A stretch of 64,000 nucleotides of DNA from an uncultured Candidatus Saccharibacteria bacterium (GTDB lineage: Bacteria; Patescibacteriota; Minisyncoccia; Phycocordibacterales; UBA9973), in assembly GCA_964553015.1 (NCBI GenBank), contig CAZKJE010000001.1, positions 6,110-70,109 of the forward strand, in the 5' to 3' direction. Positions 28,068 to 38,005 of this stretch are shown in pieces. Positions within the stretch are counted from its first letter, which is position 1; each line of letters opens with the position of its first letter. The notes under the pieces are model-generated. The model had not been told where the DNA came from, searched no databases, and saw nothing but the letters and a program-made list of their open reading frames with translations. The translations under genes were made by a program, and so were the position numbers.

Positions 28068-28655
28068 ATGGATAAAACCCAAGAATTACAAAATCTGCAC
28101 AAGAAATGGATGGAGGAGTGCAAATGCGAATTGAAACAGACTGCCACTTTGGCCGTGCCGGGAGCCGGCAGTGCAGACGCAGAAATGGTTTTTATAGGTG
28201 AAGCGCCGGGGAAAAAGGAAGATGAGCTCGGAGAACCTTTCGTCGGCGCCGCCGGAAAGTTTTTGAACGAAATGCTCGGAGTTATAAATTTGAAGCGCGA
28301 AGACATTTACATCACAAACATCGTAAAATACCGCCCGCCGAACAACCGTGATCCTAGTCCCGAAGAAAAAGCCGCTTGCAGGGAATGGCTTTTAGATGAA
28401 CTAAAAATAATAATGCCGAAACTAATAATTTTTTTAGGACGGCACGCGATGAATAATTTCTTTCCGGAGCTTCAGATATCGCAGACGCACGGCAAGCTTC
28501 TCATAAAACCGTTTAAGGGAATGTCTACCAAATACTTCTTCCCTCTTTATCATCCGGCGGCGGCGCTGTATGACGGATCAATGCGCGAAGTTTTGATGGC
28601 AGATTTTAAAAAAATTCCGAAGGTTTTGAAAGAAATTGAAAAAAGAGAGAGCTAG
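28068..28655 (+). CDS. udg: Uracil-DNA glycosylase, family 4
   Basis: VFIGEAPGKKEDELGEPFVGAAGKFL motif A (GEAPG) and motif B HPAA near the C-terminus. Confidence 0.8.
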   Translation: MDKTQELQNLHKKWMEECKCELKQTATLAVPGAGSADAEMVFIGEAPGKKEDELGEPFVGAAGKFLNEMLGVINLKREDIYITNIVKYRPPNNRDPSPEEKAACREWLLDELKIIMPKLIIFLGRHAMNNFFPELQISQTHGKLLIKPFKGMSTKYFFPLYHPAAALYDGSMREVLMADFKKIPKVLKEIEKRES

Positions 28656-28674
28656 TGTATACTCTAATATAATT

Positions 28675-29415
28675 ATGGAAAGTGATTCTACAGCAGTAAT
28701 ACTTGCCGCGGGTTTGGGCAAAAGAATGCAAAGTAACGAACCAAAGGCAATGATAGAGGTTGCAGGAAAGCCCATGCTTGGGCATTTGCACGCATCAGCA
28801 ATGGGGGCTAATATTCAAGCTACTACGGTGATTTCTAGGCAAACAGAAGAAATTTTTAAATCAAAATTTCCGAAGCAGCCATATAGAATTCAAGAAGTAC
28901 AAGAAGGTACGGCTCATGCCCTAAAAGCTGCTAAAGATGCTTGCGGTAATGCAAAAAGAATTTTGGTTTTATATGGAGATCATCCGTTTGTTTCTTCAGA
29001 TACAATAAAAAAACTTTTTGACAAAAGCGAGGAAACTGATGCAGAAATAACTTTAGCTAGTACAGAAGTTCCTAATTTTGAAAATAAATACAGAATTTTT
29101 TCCAATTTCGCTAAAATTTTGCGAAGAAATGGAAAAATTGTTGGAATTCGTGAGTATAAAGATGCAAAGGAAGAAGAGAAAGATTTGAGAGAAGTAAATC
29201 CAGGATATTATGTATTTAAAGCCTATTGGCTCTGGCCAAATTTAGAAAAAATAAAAAAAGATAATGCGCAAGGTGAACAATATTTGACTGACTTGGTGTA
29301 TATGGCTGAAGAACAAGGGATGAAGATAGAAAACATAAAAATAAACCCGCGCGAGGCTGTTGGAGCAAATTCTAAGGAAGAATTAGATATAATTAAAAAC
29401 TGGGATAATAATTAA
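28675..29415 (+). CDS. Sugar-phosphate nucleotidyltransferase (GlmU N-terminal-domain-like)
   Basis: AVILAAGLGKRM...KAMIEVAGKPML pyrophosphorylase signature. The ORF begins at 28636, overlapping udg. The Met at 28675 is the likely start. Confidence 0.6.
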   Translation: MESDSTAVILAAGLGKRMQSNEPKAMIEVAGKPMLGHLHASAMGANIQATTVISRQTEEIFKSKFPKQPYRIQEVQEGTAHALKAAKDACGNAKRILVLYGDHPFVSSDTIKKLFDKSEETDAEITLASTEVPNFENKYRIFSNFAKILRRNGKIVGIREYKDAKEEEKDLREVNPGYYVFKAYWLWPNLEKIKKDNAQGEQYLTDLVYMAEEQGMKIENIKINPREAVGANSKEELDIIKNWDNN

Positions 29416-29418
29416 ACT

Positions 29419-30666
29419 ATGCAAAACCCCTTCCAAAATGCTATGAAGCAATTAGAGAAAGCTGGCCAAATTAAAAATTTTGGGGAAGAATTTATTGAAA
29501 AGCTTCGTTATCCCGATCGGGATATCAGAATTTCAATTCCGGTAAAAATGGATGACGGAAGCTTAAAAATATTTGAAGGCTATAGAGTAGAGTACAACAA
29601 TGCCCTCGGGCCCTACAAGGGCGGAATCAGATATCATCCGGATACAGAAATAAACGAAGTAAAAGCCCTCGCCTTCTGGATGGCTATAAAATGCGCTGTC
29701 GCAAACATACCTATGGGCGGAGGAAAAGGCGGAGTTACTGTTGATCCGAAAAAACTTTCAAAGAGCGAACTGGAAAATTTGTCCCGCGGGTGGGTCCGAA
29801 AACTTTCTGATATTTTAGGGCCGTATAAAGATGTGCCTGCGCCGGACGTCAACACGACTCCCGAGATAATGTCTTGGATGAATGATGAATTCATGAAAAT
29901 AACAGGCGAAGAAACTGGTGCCACATTTACAGGCAAACCTCTAGACGAGCGCTTGCCGGCCGGCAGGCAGGGTTCAGAAGGCAGAAGCACGGCTACGGGT
30001 TTGGGAGGATTTTATGTTTTTGATGCACTCCGAACACAAATTGGCTTGCCAGAAAAATGCAAAGTCGTAATTCAGGGATTTGGCAACGTCGGAGCACATG
30101 CTGCTCATATTTTCGCGGAGAACGGACACGCAGTTATAGCGGTTTCGGATTCCAAAAGCGCAATTTTTAATGAAAATGGATTAGATTTGGATAAAGTTGA
30201 AGCACACAAGAAAAGCACGGGCGCGCTAAAAGATTTTTCCAAGATAGACCCGCAGGCAAAAAATGTTAGCAATGCTGAATTACTGGAACTCACCTGCGAC
30301 TTGTTAGTGCCTGCGGCTTTTGAGAATGTGATTACAGAAGTAAACGCCAAAAATGTAAAAGCAAAAGCAATAATGGAGCTGGCAAATGGGCCGATAACTC
30401 CAGAGGCGGATGAAATTTTATTTAAAAAAGGCATTCCTGTAATACCGGATGTGCTCGCAAATTCCGGCGGGGTTACCGTATCATATTTTGAATGGGATCA
30501 GAATTTAAAAAATGAACACTGGAGCGAAGAGCAAGTTTTTGACAAATTAAAACTAATACTTGAAGACGCCGCACACAAAGTTTCAGAAAAAGCGAAAGAA
30601 AATAAAACATATCTGCGCATGGGCGCGTTTATTCTAGCGCTTGAAAGAATTAAGGAAAAAAGCTAA
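29419..30666 (+). CDS. gdhA: Glutamate dehydrogenase (Glu/Leu/Phe/Val dehydrogenase family)
   Basis: Catalytic motif ALGPYKGGIRYHPD and Rossmann GFGNVGAHAA. 415 aa. Confidence 0.85.
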   Translation: MQNPFQNAMKQLEKAGQIKNFGEEFIEKLRYPDRDIRISIPVKMDDGSLKIFEGYRVEYNNALGPYKGGIRYHPDTEINEVKALAFWMAIKCAVANIPMGGGKGGVTVDPKKLSKSELENLSRGWVRKLSDILGPYKDVPAPDVNTTPEIMSWMNDEFMKITGEETGATFTGKPLDERLPAGRQGSEGRSTATGLGGFYVFDALRTQIGLPEKCKVVIQGFGNVGAHAAHIFAENGHAVIAVSDSKSAIFNENGLDLDKVEAHKKSTGALKDFSKIDPQAKNVSNAELLELTCDLLVPAAFENVITEVNAKNVKAKAIMELANGPITPEADEILFKKGIPVIPDVLANSGGVTVSYFEWDQNLKNEHWSEEQVFDKLKLILEDAAHKVSEKAKENKTYLRMGAFILALERIKEKS

Positions 30667-30690
30667 TATCTAAAGCATGTTTCAATATCT

Positions 30691-30763
30691 GCGCGGTTAG
30701 CTCAGTTGGTAGAGCGACCCCTTGACGTGGGGTAGGCCACAGGTTCGAATCCTGTATCGCGCA
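30691..30763 (+). tRNA. tRNA-Val (anticodon GAC)
   Basis: Acceptor GCGCGGT/ATCGCGC, D-arm GCTC-AGTTGGTAG-AGC, anticodon stem ACCCC/GGGGT with loop TTGACGT, T-arm ACAGG-TTCGAAT-CCTGT, discriminator A. Confidence 0.85.
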
Positions 30764-30769
30764 CTCTGT

Positions 30770-31894
30770 ATGAAAATTTTAAGCATAGAGACGAGCTGCG
30801 ATGAGACAGGAATAACAATAATGGAAGCGAAGGGAGGCGCGACAAACGCTTCCTTTAAGGTTTTAGGAAATAACGTTTCTTCCCAAATAGACTTGCATAT
30901 CCCCTACGGCGGAGTATTTCCCGCTCTGGCAAAAAGAGAACATATAAAGAACCTGCCTCTGGTTTTGGAAAAAACATTAAAAGAAGCTAACCTCACCCTT
31001 ACTCCTTCTCCTGAAAGGAGAGGGCTGGGGAGAGGTATCGATGCAATAGCTGTGACTTACGGTCCCGGACTCGAGCCTGCGCTGTGGACAGGAATCGTTC
31101 TTGCTAAAGAACTTGGAAAAAAATTGAATGTGCCTATAATCCCCGTAAATCACATGGAGGGGCATTTGCTTTCTGTCTTTGGGAAAAATAAAGGAAAATT
31201 CACAATACCAAAAGTAAAAATGCCTGCGCTCTCTCTCCTTGTCTCCGGAGGACATACAGAATTAGTGCTGGTAAAAAAATGGATGAATTATGAGATACTC
31301 GGCGAAACTTTGGACGACGCTGTCGGCGAGGCTTTTGACAAAGTAGCCCGTATGCTCGGACTTCCATATCCCGGCGGTCCGCAAATTTCAAAATTAGCAG
31401 AGCAGGAGAGAAAATTGGTTAAATTGGAGCAAATTAAAAAATTTTCTCTCCCCCGTCCGATGCTGCACACCAAAGATTTTAATTTTTCTTTTTCCGGACT
31501 GAAAACTGCAGTGCTTTATAAAATCAGAGATTTGGAAAAATCAGGTAAAAAATTAACTCATGAGTTAATTACTGAGTTAGCTCATGAGTTTGAGAACGCA
31601 GCCATTGAATGCCTGACTCACAAAACAAAAAAAGCTATAGAAAAATATAAAATCAAAACTTTGATTGTCGGAGGCGGAGTTTCTGCAAACCAGCATTTAA
31701 AAAATGAAATAACCCGCTTTCGCCAAGGCTCCGGCAAGGCAAATAAAAATTTGAAAATTTACTTCCCCACCAAAGAACTGTCTACCGACAATTCGCTCAT
31801 GATAGGCATTGCTGGATATTTAAATTATATAAAAAATAAAAGGAAGGTGCCTAAGGCGAGCAGCATAAAAGCAGTTGGCAATTTAAGGCTTTAA
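30770..31894 (+). CDS. tsaD: tRNA N6-adenosine threonylcarbamoyltransferase
   Basis: MKILSIETSCDETG...HMEGHLL Kae1/TsaD signature. The ORF's upstream extension into the tRNA is spurious. Confidence 0.85.
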   Translation: MKILSIETSCDETGITIMEAKGGATNASFKVLGNNVSSQIDLHIPYGGVFPALAKREHIKNLPLVLEKTLKEANLTLTPSPERRGLGRGIDAIAVTYGPGLEPALWTGIVLAKELGKKLNVPIIPVNHMEGHLLSVFGKNKGKFTIPKVKMPALSLLVSGGHTELVLVKKWMNYEILGETLDDAVGEAFDKVARMLGLPYPGGPQISKLAEQERKLVKLEQIKKFSLPRPMLHTKDFNFSFSGLKTAVLYKIRDLEKSGKKLTHELITELAHEFENAAIECLTHKTKKAIEKYKIKTLIVGGGVSANQHLKNEITRFRQGSGKANKNLKIYFPTKELSTDNSLMIGIAGYLNYIKNKRKVPKASSIKAVGNLRL

Positions 31895-31911
31895 TTGATA
31901 TTATTAAGAGT

Positions 31912-34080
31912 ATGGACGAAAAATTACTCAAACCCTACGACCCGAAAGCAACCGAAGACAGGATTTACAAGCTCTGGGAAGAGAGCGGTTTTTTTAATCC
32001 GGATAACTTACCGGAAAGACACAAGGAGTCTTTTTCTATTGTATTACCTCCTCCAAACGTTACCGGTGTACTTCATTTGGGCCATGCACTAGAAAATTCA
32101 ATTCAAGATATGATCGTACGATACCAGAGAATGCAGGGGAAAAAAACTCTTTGGATACCGGGTACAGATCATGCCGCTATTGCAACTCAATCAAAAGTTG
32201 AAAAAGAAATTTATAAAAAAGAAGGAAAATCTAGACACGATTTAGGGAGAGAGGAAATGTTACTGAGAATAAAAGAATATGCTCAAAATAGCCACGATAC
32301 CATCGTATCCCAAGTAAGAAAGCTAGGCTCATCACTCGACTGGTCAAGAGAAGCATTTACTCTCGACGATAAAAGGAATCTTGCTGTCAATACTGCATTT
32401 AAAAAAATGTACGATGCGGGCTTAATTTATCGCGGAAATAAAATAGTAAATTGGGACCCCAAAGGTCAGACTACTATATCTGACGATGAAATCGTTTACG
32501 AAGAACGCCCCTCTAAATTATATACCTTCAAGTATTCGACGGACTTCCCTATTCCCATATCAACAAGCCGGCCAGAGACAAAAGTGGGCGATGTGGCCGT
32601 AGCAGTACATCCAGAAGATTCAAGATATAAAAAATATGTCGGTAAAGAATACGAAATAAAAGATTTTTGTGGAGTAAAATTAAATATAAAAATAATTGCC
32701 GACGAAGCAGTGGAGAAAGATTTTGGCACAGGTGCGCTTGGTGTAACTCCTGCACATTCTATGATCGACTGGGAAATGGCTGAAAGACACGATCTTCCCC
32801 GTCCGCAAGTTATAAATGAATATGCAAAAATGATAGTAAGTGAGGAAAAATTAGCCGGGAAAAAAACTACTGAGGCGCGTGAACTTATCGTAGTATGGCT
32901 CAGAGATCAAAAACTTTTAGAGAAAGAAGAGGATATAAAACAAAATATTGGTACAGCAGAACGTACTGGAGGAATTATAGAACCTATTCCCAAGCTCCAA
33001 TGGTTTATTGATGTAAACAAACCCATTCCCGAAAGAGAAAATAAAACCCTCAAAGACTTGATGCGGGAACCGATACAAAAAGAAACTATAGCCATAATTC
33101 CAGATCATTTTGAAAAAGTTTATTATAACTGGATAGAAAATCTGCGCGACTGGTGTATATCCCGCCAGATATGGTACGGGCATAGGATACCCGTCTGGTA
33201 CCATGAGCCAAAATGTGTTCCGATACCCGGACGAGAAGAAGAAATAAAAGATTGCGAAGAAATTGCTGTTGGTAAGGAAATAAAAGATTGCCCCCATTGC
33301 AACGCTAAATATGTTCAGGATGAAGATACTCTTGATACATGGTTTTCTTCGGGGCTTTGGACTTTTTCAACACTTGGCTGGCCGGAAAAAACGAAAGATC
33401 TAGAAACTTACCATCCCACAACACTGGTAAATCCTGGGTATGAAATTTTATTTTTCTGGGTAGCCAGGATGATTTTAATGTCCCAATTCTTGCTTGGAGA
33501 AATACCTTTTGAAAAAGTGTATCTTCATGGCATGCTCCGAGATAAAGACGGTAAAAAATTTAGCAAATCATCAGGAAACAACATAGACCCAGTCTCAATT
33601 ATAGAAAAATATGGAGCCGATGCTCTTCGCATGTCGCTCATTGTAGGCACCGCACCAGGCATGGATAGTAAAGTTTCGGAAGAAAAAATTAAAGGCTATA
33701 AAAATTTTGCTAACAAGATCTGGAACATAACTCGATTTATTTTAGATAATACAGGTAGCAGTAATTTTGAAAAAAATACAGAAAATAATTTAATAGGAGA
33801 ATTTAATAAAATTAAGGAAGATATAACCTCTGATATGGAAAATTATCGTTTCCATCTAGCTTCAGAAAAAATTTATCAGTATATATGGCATAGATTCGCG
33901 GATGAAATAATAGAAGAAAGTAAAAAGGATAAAAATATACTGCCTACCCTTTTATCCATCTGGACAGACTGCATAAAAATGCTTCACCCCTTCATGCCTT
34001 TTGTCACTGAAGAAATCTGGTCTATGATTCCTGAAGCAAAAGAAAAGAAGTTATTAATGATTGAACCATGGCCACTTTAA
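31912..34080 (+). CDS. valS: Valine--tRNA ligase (C-terminally minimal)
   Basis: PPPNVTGVLHLGHA HIGH region, the CP1 editing domain (TSRPETKVGDVAVAVHP, GTGALGVTPAHS) and KMSKS as KFSKSSGN. At 722 aa it lacks the usual C-terminal coiled-coil. Confidence 0.85.
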   Translation: MDEKLLKPYDPKATEDRIYKLWEESGFFNPDNLPERHKESFSIVLPPPNVTGVLHLGHALENSIQDMIVRYQRMQGKKTLWIPGTDHAAIATQSKVEKEIYKKEGKSRHDLGREEMLLRIKEYAQNSHDTIVSQVRKLGSSLDWSREAFTLDDKRNLAVNTAFKKMYDAGLIYRGNKIVNWDPKGQTTISDDEIVYEERPSKLYTFKYSTDFPIPISTSRPETKVGDVAVAVHPEDSRYKKYVGKEYEIKDFCGVKLNIKIIADEAVEKDFGTGALGVTPAHSMIDWEMAERHDLPRPQVINEYAKMIVSEEKLAGKKTTEARELIVVWLRDQKLLEKEEDIKQNIGTAERTGGIIEPIPKLQWFIDVNKPIPERENKTLKDLMREPIQKETIAIIPDHFEKVYYNWIENLRDWCISRQIWYGHRIPVWYHEPKCVPIPGREEEIKDCEEIAVGKEIKDCPHCNAKYVQDEDTLDTWFSSGLWTFSTLGWPEKTKDLETYHPTTLVNPGYEILFFWVARMILMSQFLLGEIPFEKVYLHGMLRDKDGKKFSKSSGNNIDPVSIIEKYGADALRMSLIVGTAPGMDSKVSEEKIKGYKNFANKIWNITRFILDNTGSSNFEKNTENNLIGEFNKIKEDITSDMENYRFHLASEKIYQYIWHRFADEIIEESKKDKNILPTLLSIWTDCIKMLHPFMPFVTEEIWSMIPEAKEKKLLMIEPWPL

Positions 34081-34778
34081 CAGCAGATCCTAAAATATTA
34101 TTCTTAGCATTTCTCGGAGGAGTCATCCCCTCTCTTTTATGGCTGTGGTTCTGGCTCAAAGAAGACGAAATACACCCTGAACCAAAATTGCTTCTGACTT
34201 TTGTATTCATCCTCGGCATGATTGCAGTAATCATCGTATTCCCTATTCAGAAATTTATACAAACCCTGGTAAGCTCTCAAAACGGGCAGCTGATATTGTG
34301 GGCCAGTGCTGAAGAATTGTTAAAATATCTGGCTGTGCTTATAATTTTGTACAGAACAAATAATGCAGACGAGCCTATAGACTGGCCGATATATCTCATC
34401 ACAGCGGCCCTGGGCTTTGCTACGCTTGAAAACACTCTTTACCTCATAAAGCCTCTGTCAATAAGCGGAACCACTGTTAGCCTCTTAACAGGACAGCTCC
34501 GTTTCCTCGGCTCTACCCTCCTGCACACCATTTCGAGCGGAACAATAGGTATTTTCATAGGAATTTCTTTCTTTATGCGCGAATTCAAAAAGATATGGTT
34601 TCTCTTGTTCGGTTTTATTATCGCCATCGCCTTGCATAGCGCCTTTAATTTTTTTATAATACAGAATGATGGTAATGATTTTCTGAAAGTGTTTGCGTTT
34701 TTGTGGGTCGTCACAATTATCGTAATGCTCTTATTTGAAAAAGTAAGAAGAATGAGCGAAACGATCGAGAGAAGCTAA
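34068..34778 (+). CDS. PrsW-family intramembrane metalloprotease-like protein
   Basis: Polytopic membrane protein with EELLK (EExxK), FATLEN and HSAFNF motifs. Confidence 0.5.
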   Translation: MATLTADPKILFLAFLGGVIPSLLWLWFWLKEDEIHPEPKLLLTFVFILGMIAVIIVFPIQKFIQTLVSSQNGQLILWASAEELLKYLAVLIILYRTNNADEPIDWPIYLITAALGFATLENTLYLIKPLSISGTTVSLLTGQLRFLGSTLLHTISSGTIGIFIGISFFMREFKKIWFLLFGFIIAIALHSAFNFFIIQNDGNDFLKVFAFLWVVTIIVMLLFEKVRRMSETIERS

Positions 34779-34805
34779 TTATTATTTAAATAAAAAAGAA
34801 AAAAC

Positions 34806-35312
34806 ATGGAAAATAAAAAAAGGAGTTTTTTTGAAAGATTAACAGGCAGCATGAGCATGGACGACGAGGAAGAACTGGATTCAAGAAAAGAATATTTAGT
34901 AAAAGGATTCAAAAACGACAGAGCAGACAAGGGAGACAAGGGCGAAAAGAAAAACGGCAGCTGGATGGAAGAAGAGAACGACGAAGCCGAGCTTACTGTC
35001 GACGTGTACCAGACGCCGACTGACATAATAATTCAGACCATGGTCGCCGGCGTAAAACCCGAAGATCTGGAAATATCAATAGCGCGCGACGTCGTATCTA
35101 TCCGAGGCAAGCGCGAAGAGAACAGGAGCATAGATGAAGACAATTATTTCACCAAAGAACTGTACTGGGGAAAATTTTCCCGCACCATTACCCTTCCCGC
35201 CGAAGTAGAGCCGGAAGAAGTGGAAGCGACAGAGCGCCACGGCCTCTTAACTGTCAAAGTCAAAAAGGTGGACAAAGAAAAGAAAAATACTGTCAGAGTC
35301 AAATCTATCTAG
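34806..35312 (+). CDS. Hsp20/alpha-crystallin small heat-shock protein
   Basis: Alpha-crystallin domain (TVDVYQTPTDIIIQ...FSRTITLPAEVEPEEVEATERHGLLTVKV). Confidence 0.8.
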   Translation: MENKKRSFFERLTGSMSMDDEEELDSRKEYLVKGFKNDRADKGDKGEKKNGSWMEEENDEAELTVDVYQTPTDIIIQTMVAGVKPEDLEISIARDVVSIRGKREENRSIDEDNYFTKELYWGKFSRTITLPAEVEPEEVEATERHGLLTVKVKKVDKEKKNTVRVKSI

Positions 35313-35327
35313 GAACTACAAATTTTG

Positions 35328-35400
35328 TGCCGAGGACCAGAATCGAACTGGTGACCTATCCCTCTTCAGGGGAGCGCTCTACCAACTGAGCTACCTCGGC
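35328..35400 (-). tRNA. tRNA-Phe (anticodon GAA)
   Basis: Acceptor GCCGAGG/CCTCGGC, D-arm GCTC-AGTTGGTAG-AGC, anticodon loop CTGAAGA, T-arm ACCAG-TTCGATT-CTGGT, discriminator A. Confidence 0.8.
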
Positions 35401-35405
35401 ATTTT

Positions 35406-35651
35406 TTACTGACTAAACTGCTTAAAATTGTCCAGCACATCGCTTGCTCCGCTGTATACATTGAGGAGATCATTTAGATACGGCTGTAAAAGATAAAATG
35501 CGCCTATAGCCGAGCCTATAATAAACAACCAATAAATTAGAGTCATAACACGCGCCAGCCGCATGGAACGTCTCATGGAAAGCAATAGTTTATTATTCTC
35601 TTCTCCGAGCGCTACGCTCCTTTCCAAAAGCTCTCTTTCTTCGGGCGACAT
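35406..35651 (-). CDS. Small membrane hypothetical protein
   Basis: 81 aa with one TM. Confidence 0.3.
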   Translation of the reverse strand: MSPEERELLERSVALGEENNKLLLSMRRSMRLARVMTLIYWLFIIGSAIGAFYLLQPYLNDLLNVYSGASDVLDNFKQFSQ

Positions 35652-35687
35652 ATTAGAATACTAGCAAAAATAAATAAAAAAATCCAA

Positions 35688-35759
35688 TTCAAGCTTGTGT
35701 CCTCGGCAGGAATCGAACCTGCAATTACTCCTTAGGACGGAGTCGTTATATCCATTTAA
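35688..35759 (-). tRNA. tRNA-Arg (anticodon CCU)
   Basis: Acceptor GTCTTCG/CGAGGAC with one G-U pair, anticodon stem ACTCC/GGAGT with loop GTCCTAA, T-arm GCAGG-TTCGATT-CCTGC, discriminator A. Confidence 0.75.
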
Positions 35760-35907
35760 CTACGAAGACGTACTTACAATCTAGCATATTAAAGGCTTTT
35801 TTGGAATTAAAAAATAAACTCATGCAGACATAAACTGTAATGATATTTAATTTTGCTCGTCTGGTACATATAAGCAATTATTAAAAATATATTAAAATTA
35901 GAAATTT

Positions 35908-36519
35908 ATGAAGATGTTCCCTGTTGCGATTAAAATACTGCCGGTGATAGCGCTTTTTCTGCTGGCCTTTCCCTTTTTATCCGCAAACGCAGCAACCTAC
36001 CCTGCCTCCGAACGCGACAGTATTTATTTGTACTATGCTTTAGAAAACCAAGCCTCTATAGATGAAATGCTGGCAAGCAAAGACATCGCTCTTTTGCTGG
36101 AAGAAGACGAATCGCTCCGAGAATCTCTGCCGATTTGGATTAGAAGCAGTTACTTTGATAGAAAATCCGAATTGCTTGATCCTGCAGATTTTGAAATAGC
36201 CCTAAATGAACTGACTGAAAAACAAACTTTTGCCATGAAAGATGCGGAAGAAGCTATAAATAAAGTAAGCAAAAAAACAGAGCTTGGGACTATTCTCCTC
36301 GGCAATAATTTAGGCACGCTTGAGTTTCAGTTGGTGCAAATAAAAGGGTTGCAAGCTTTACTTAATTCATTAATTCCAAAAACTACGGACGTAACTATTA
36401 AAATGCAGATAAGAGATCAGATTTATATCCTAAAAGAAGAACAAAAAAAGATAGAGACTCTGCTCTACGAGAAAGAAAACGACTTCAGTTTATTTGGCTG
36501 GCTGGTAGCGGCTATTTAA
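35908..36519 (+). CDS. Secreted hypothetical protein
   Basis: Signal peptide ending ...LSANA. 203 aa, helical. Confidence 0.4.
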   Translation: MKMFPVAIKILPVIALFLLAFPFLSANAATYPASERDSIYLYYALENQASIDEMLASKDIALLLEEDESLRESLPIWIRSSYFDRKSELLDPADFEIALNELTEKQTFAMKDAEEAINKVSKKTELGTILLGNNLGTLEFQLVQIKGLQALLNSLIPKTTDVTIKMQIRDQIYILKEEQKKIETLLYEKENDFSLFGWLVAAI

Positions 36520-36752
36520 GCAAGTTCAAGAAGCTTAGCGATCTTTGGCTGGTCAAAACCCACAGTAAGCTCGCCTCCTATTATGATTACAGGCACGCCG
36601 AGCTGGCCGCTTTTTTCTACCATTTCTTTTCTTTTTTCTAAGTCAGAAGCTACGTTGTATTCTGTATAAGCTACATTGTTTGCCTTGAAATATTCTTTGG
36701 CCATATGGCAGAAATGGCAGGTCGGGGTGGAATAAATTGTTACGTCTTTCAT
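36516..36752 (-). CDS. Glutaredoxin-like protein (NrdH/Grx family)
   Basis: 78 aa. TPTCHFCHMAK CxxC active site and a thioredoxin-fold C-terminus (GVPVIIIGGELTVGFD). Confidence 0.7.
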   Translation of the reverse strand: MKDVTIYSTPTCHFCHMAKEYFKANNVAYTEYNVASDLEKRKEMVEKSGQLGVPVIIIGGELTVGFDQPKIAKLLELA

Positions 36753-36793
36753 AATTTTTTCTTTTTACCTGTTAATCTATTTATTATAGCATG

Positions 36794-36822
36794 CTTGTCA
36801 AGCATAAAAAATAAAGCTATAT
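36794..36822 (+). promoter_or_regulatory. Sigma70-like promoter for tRNA-Gly
   Basis: TTGTCA (36794-36799), a 17-bp spacer, TATATT (36817-36822), about 10 nt before the tRNA 5' end. Confidence 0.45.
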
Positions 36823-36832
36823 TTTATTTAAT

Positions 36833-36903
36833 CGCGGGATTAGTTTAGTGGCAAAATGAGTCCTTCCCAAGGATTAGACGGGGTTTCGATTACCCCATCC
36901 CGC
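36833..36903 (+). tRNA. tRNA-Gly (anticodon CCC)
   Basis: Acceptor GCGGGAT/ATCCCGC, anticodon stem AGTCC/GGATT with loop TTCCCAA, T-arm GGGGT-TTCGATT-ACCCC, discriminator A. The D-arm is unusually AT-rich. Confidence 0.7.
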
Positions 36904-36908
36904 ACTTT

Positions 36909-37916
36909 TTATTTCACTACATTGACCGGCTCTCCTTTTAGAAATGCCTGTATGTTTACAATAGTGGTTTTTAATATTTCAGCCACTGCTTCGCGGGAGT
37001 AAAAAGCGATGTGCGGGGTAACGATCACCTGCGGCATATCTATTAGAACCTGATCTTCAACTATTATTTTATAATCTATTTTTTCTCTTTTATCGAAGCC
37101 AATAATTTCTTTTTGTATTTTTAAATCTCTTTCCCCTTCCAAAACATCCAGGCCGGCGCCGGCAATAATTCCCTCATTAATGCCCCAAATCAGAGCCTCG
37201 GTATCTATCAAAGCCCCGCGCGCGGTATTTATAAGATATGACCCCCTCTTCATTTTGGATATATTCTCTTTATTAATTAAGTGATAATTTTCTTTGGTAT
37301 AGGGAGTATGCAGAGTTATGATATCAGATTCTGCGATAACATCATCAAAACTTTTATATTCAAAATTGTTCTCTTCCGCAAAGGCCATGTCCGAATGAAG
37401 ATCATAGGCAACGACATTCATTTCAAAGCCTTTTGCAATTTTTATAACATTCTTGCCAATCCGGCCGACGCCTATAACTCCGATGGTCTTGCCCTGCAGA
37501 TCAAAACCCTGCAGAGAAGAATAAAAATTAAAATCCATTGAATCTCGCAGGTGATTATTAGCATTGATGATATTTCGTGAAAGATTCAAAATTAAAGAAA
37601 AAGTAAACTCTGCCACCGTATGGGGGCCATAAGCCGGCACGTTGGAAACCTTTATACCCTTTGTGGAACAATATTCTAAATCAATATGATCAAAACCGGT
37701 TGACCTAGTGGTAATAAATTTTAAATTAGGCAGCAAGGCAATGATATTTTTACTGACTATTGAATTGATAAAAACAGAAACAACTTCAGCGTCTTTTGCC
37801 TTACCGGCATTTTTTTCATCTAATTTTTCCTCAAAAAACAAAACATCCGGATTATTAAAAGCTTTTAAAAACATCGGCTGCTCTTCTTTCGGCACCTCAA
37901 AAAATGCGATTTTCAT
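36909..37916 (-). CDS. D-isomer-specific 2-hydroxyacid dehydrogenase (NAD-dependent)
   Basis: GVIGVGRIGKNV Rossmann motif and the catalytic R/E/H arrangement. 335 aa. Confidence 0.8.
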   Translation of the reverse strand: MKIAFFEVPKEEQPMFLKAFNNPDVLFFEEKLDEKNAGKAKDAEVVSVFINSIVSKNIIALLPNLKFITTRSTGFDHIDLEYCSTKGIKVSNVPAYGPHTVAEFTFSLILNLSRNIINANNHLRDSMDFNFYSSLQGFDLQGKTIGVIGVGRIGKNVIKIAKGFEMNVVAYDLHSDMAFAEENNFEYKSFDDVIAESDIITLHTPYTKENYHLINKENISKMKRGSYLINTARGALIDTEALIWGINEGIIAGAGLDVLEGERDLKIQKEIIGFDKREKIDYKIIVEDQVLIDMPQVIVTPHIAFYSREAVAEILKTTIVNIQAFLKGEPVNVVK

Positions 37917-38005
37917 AGGCTTATTGTAGCATATATACCTAAAAGAAAAAAATGTTTAACACCGAGTGTTGAACAATTTTTAATAAAGCTATATAATAGA
38001 AGCAA

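Noticed and set aside
31895-32092. 65-aa ORF overlapping the valS start
   Set aside because: It is out of frame with valS and Arg/Lys/Leu low-complexity.
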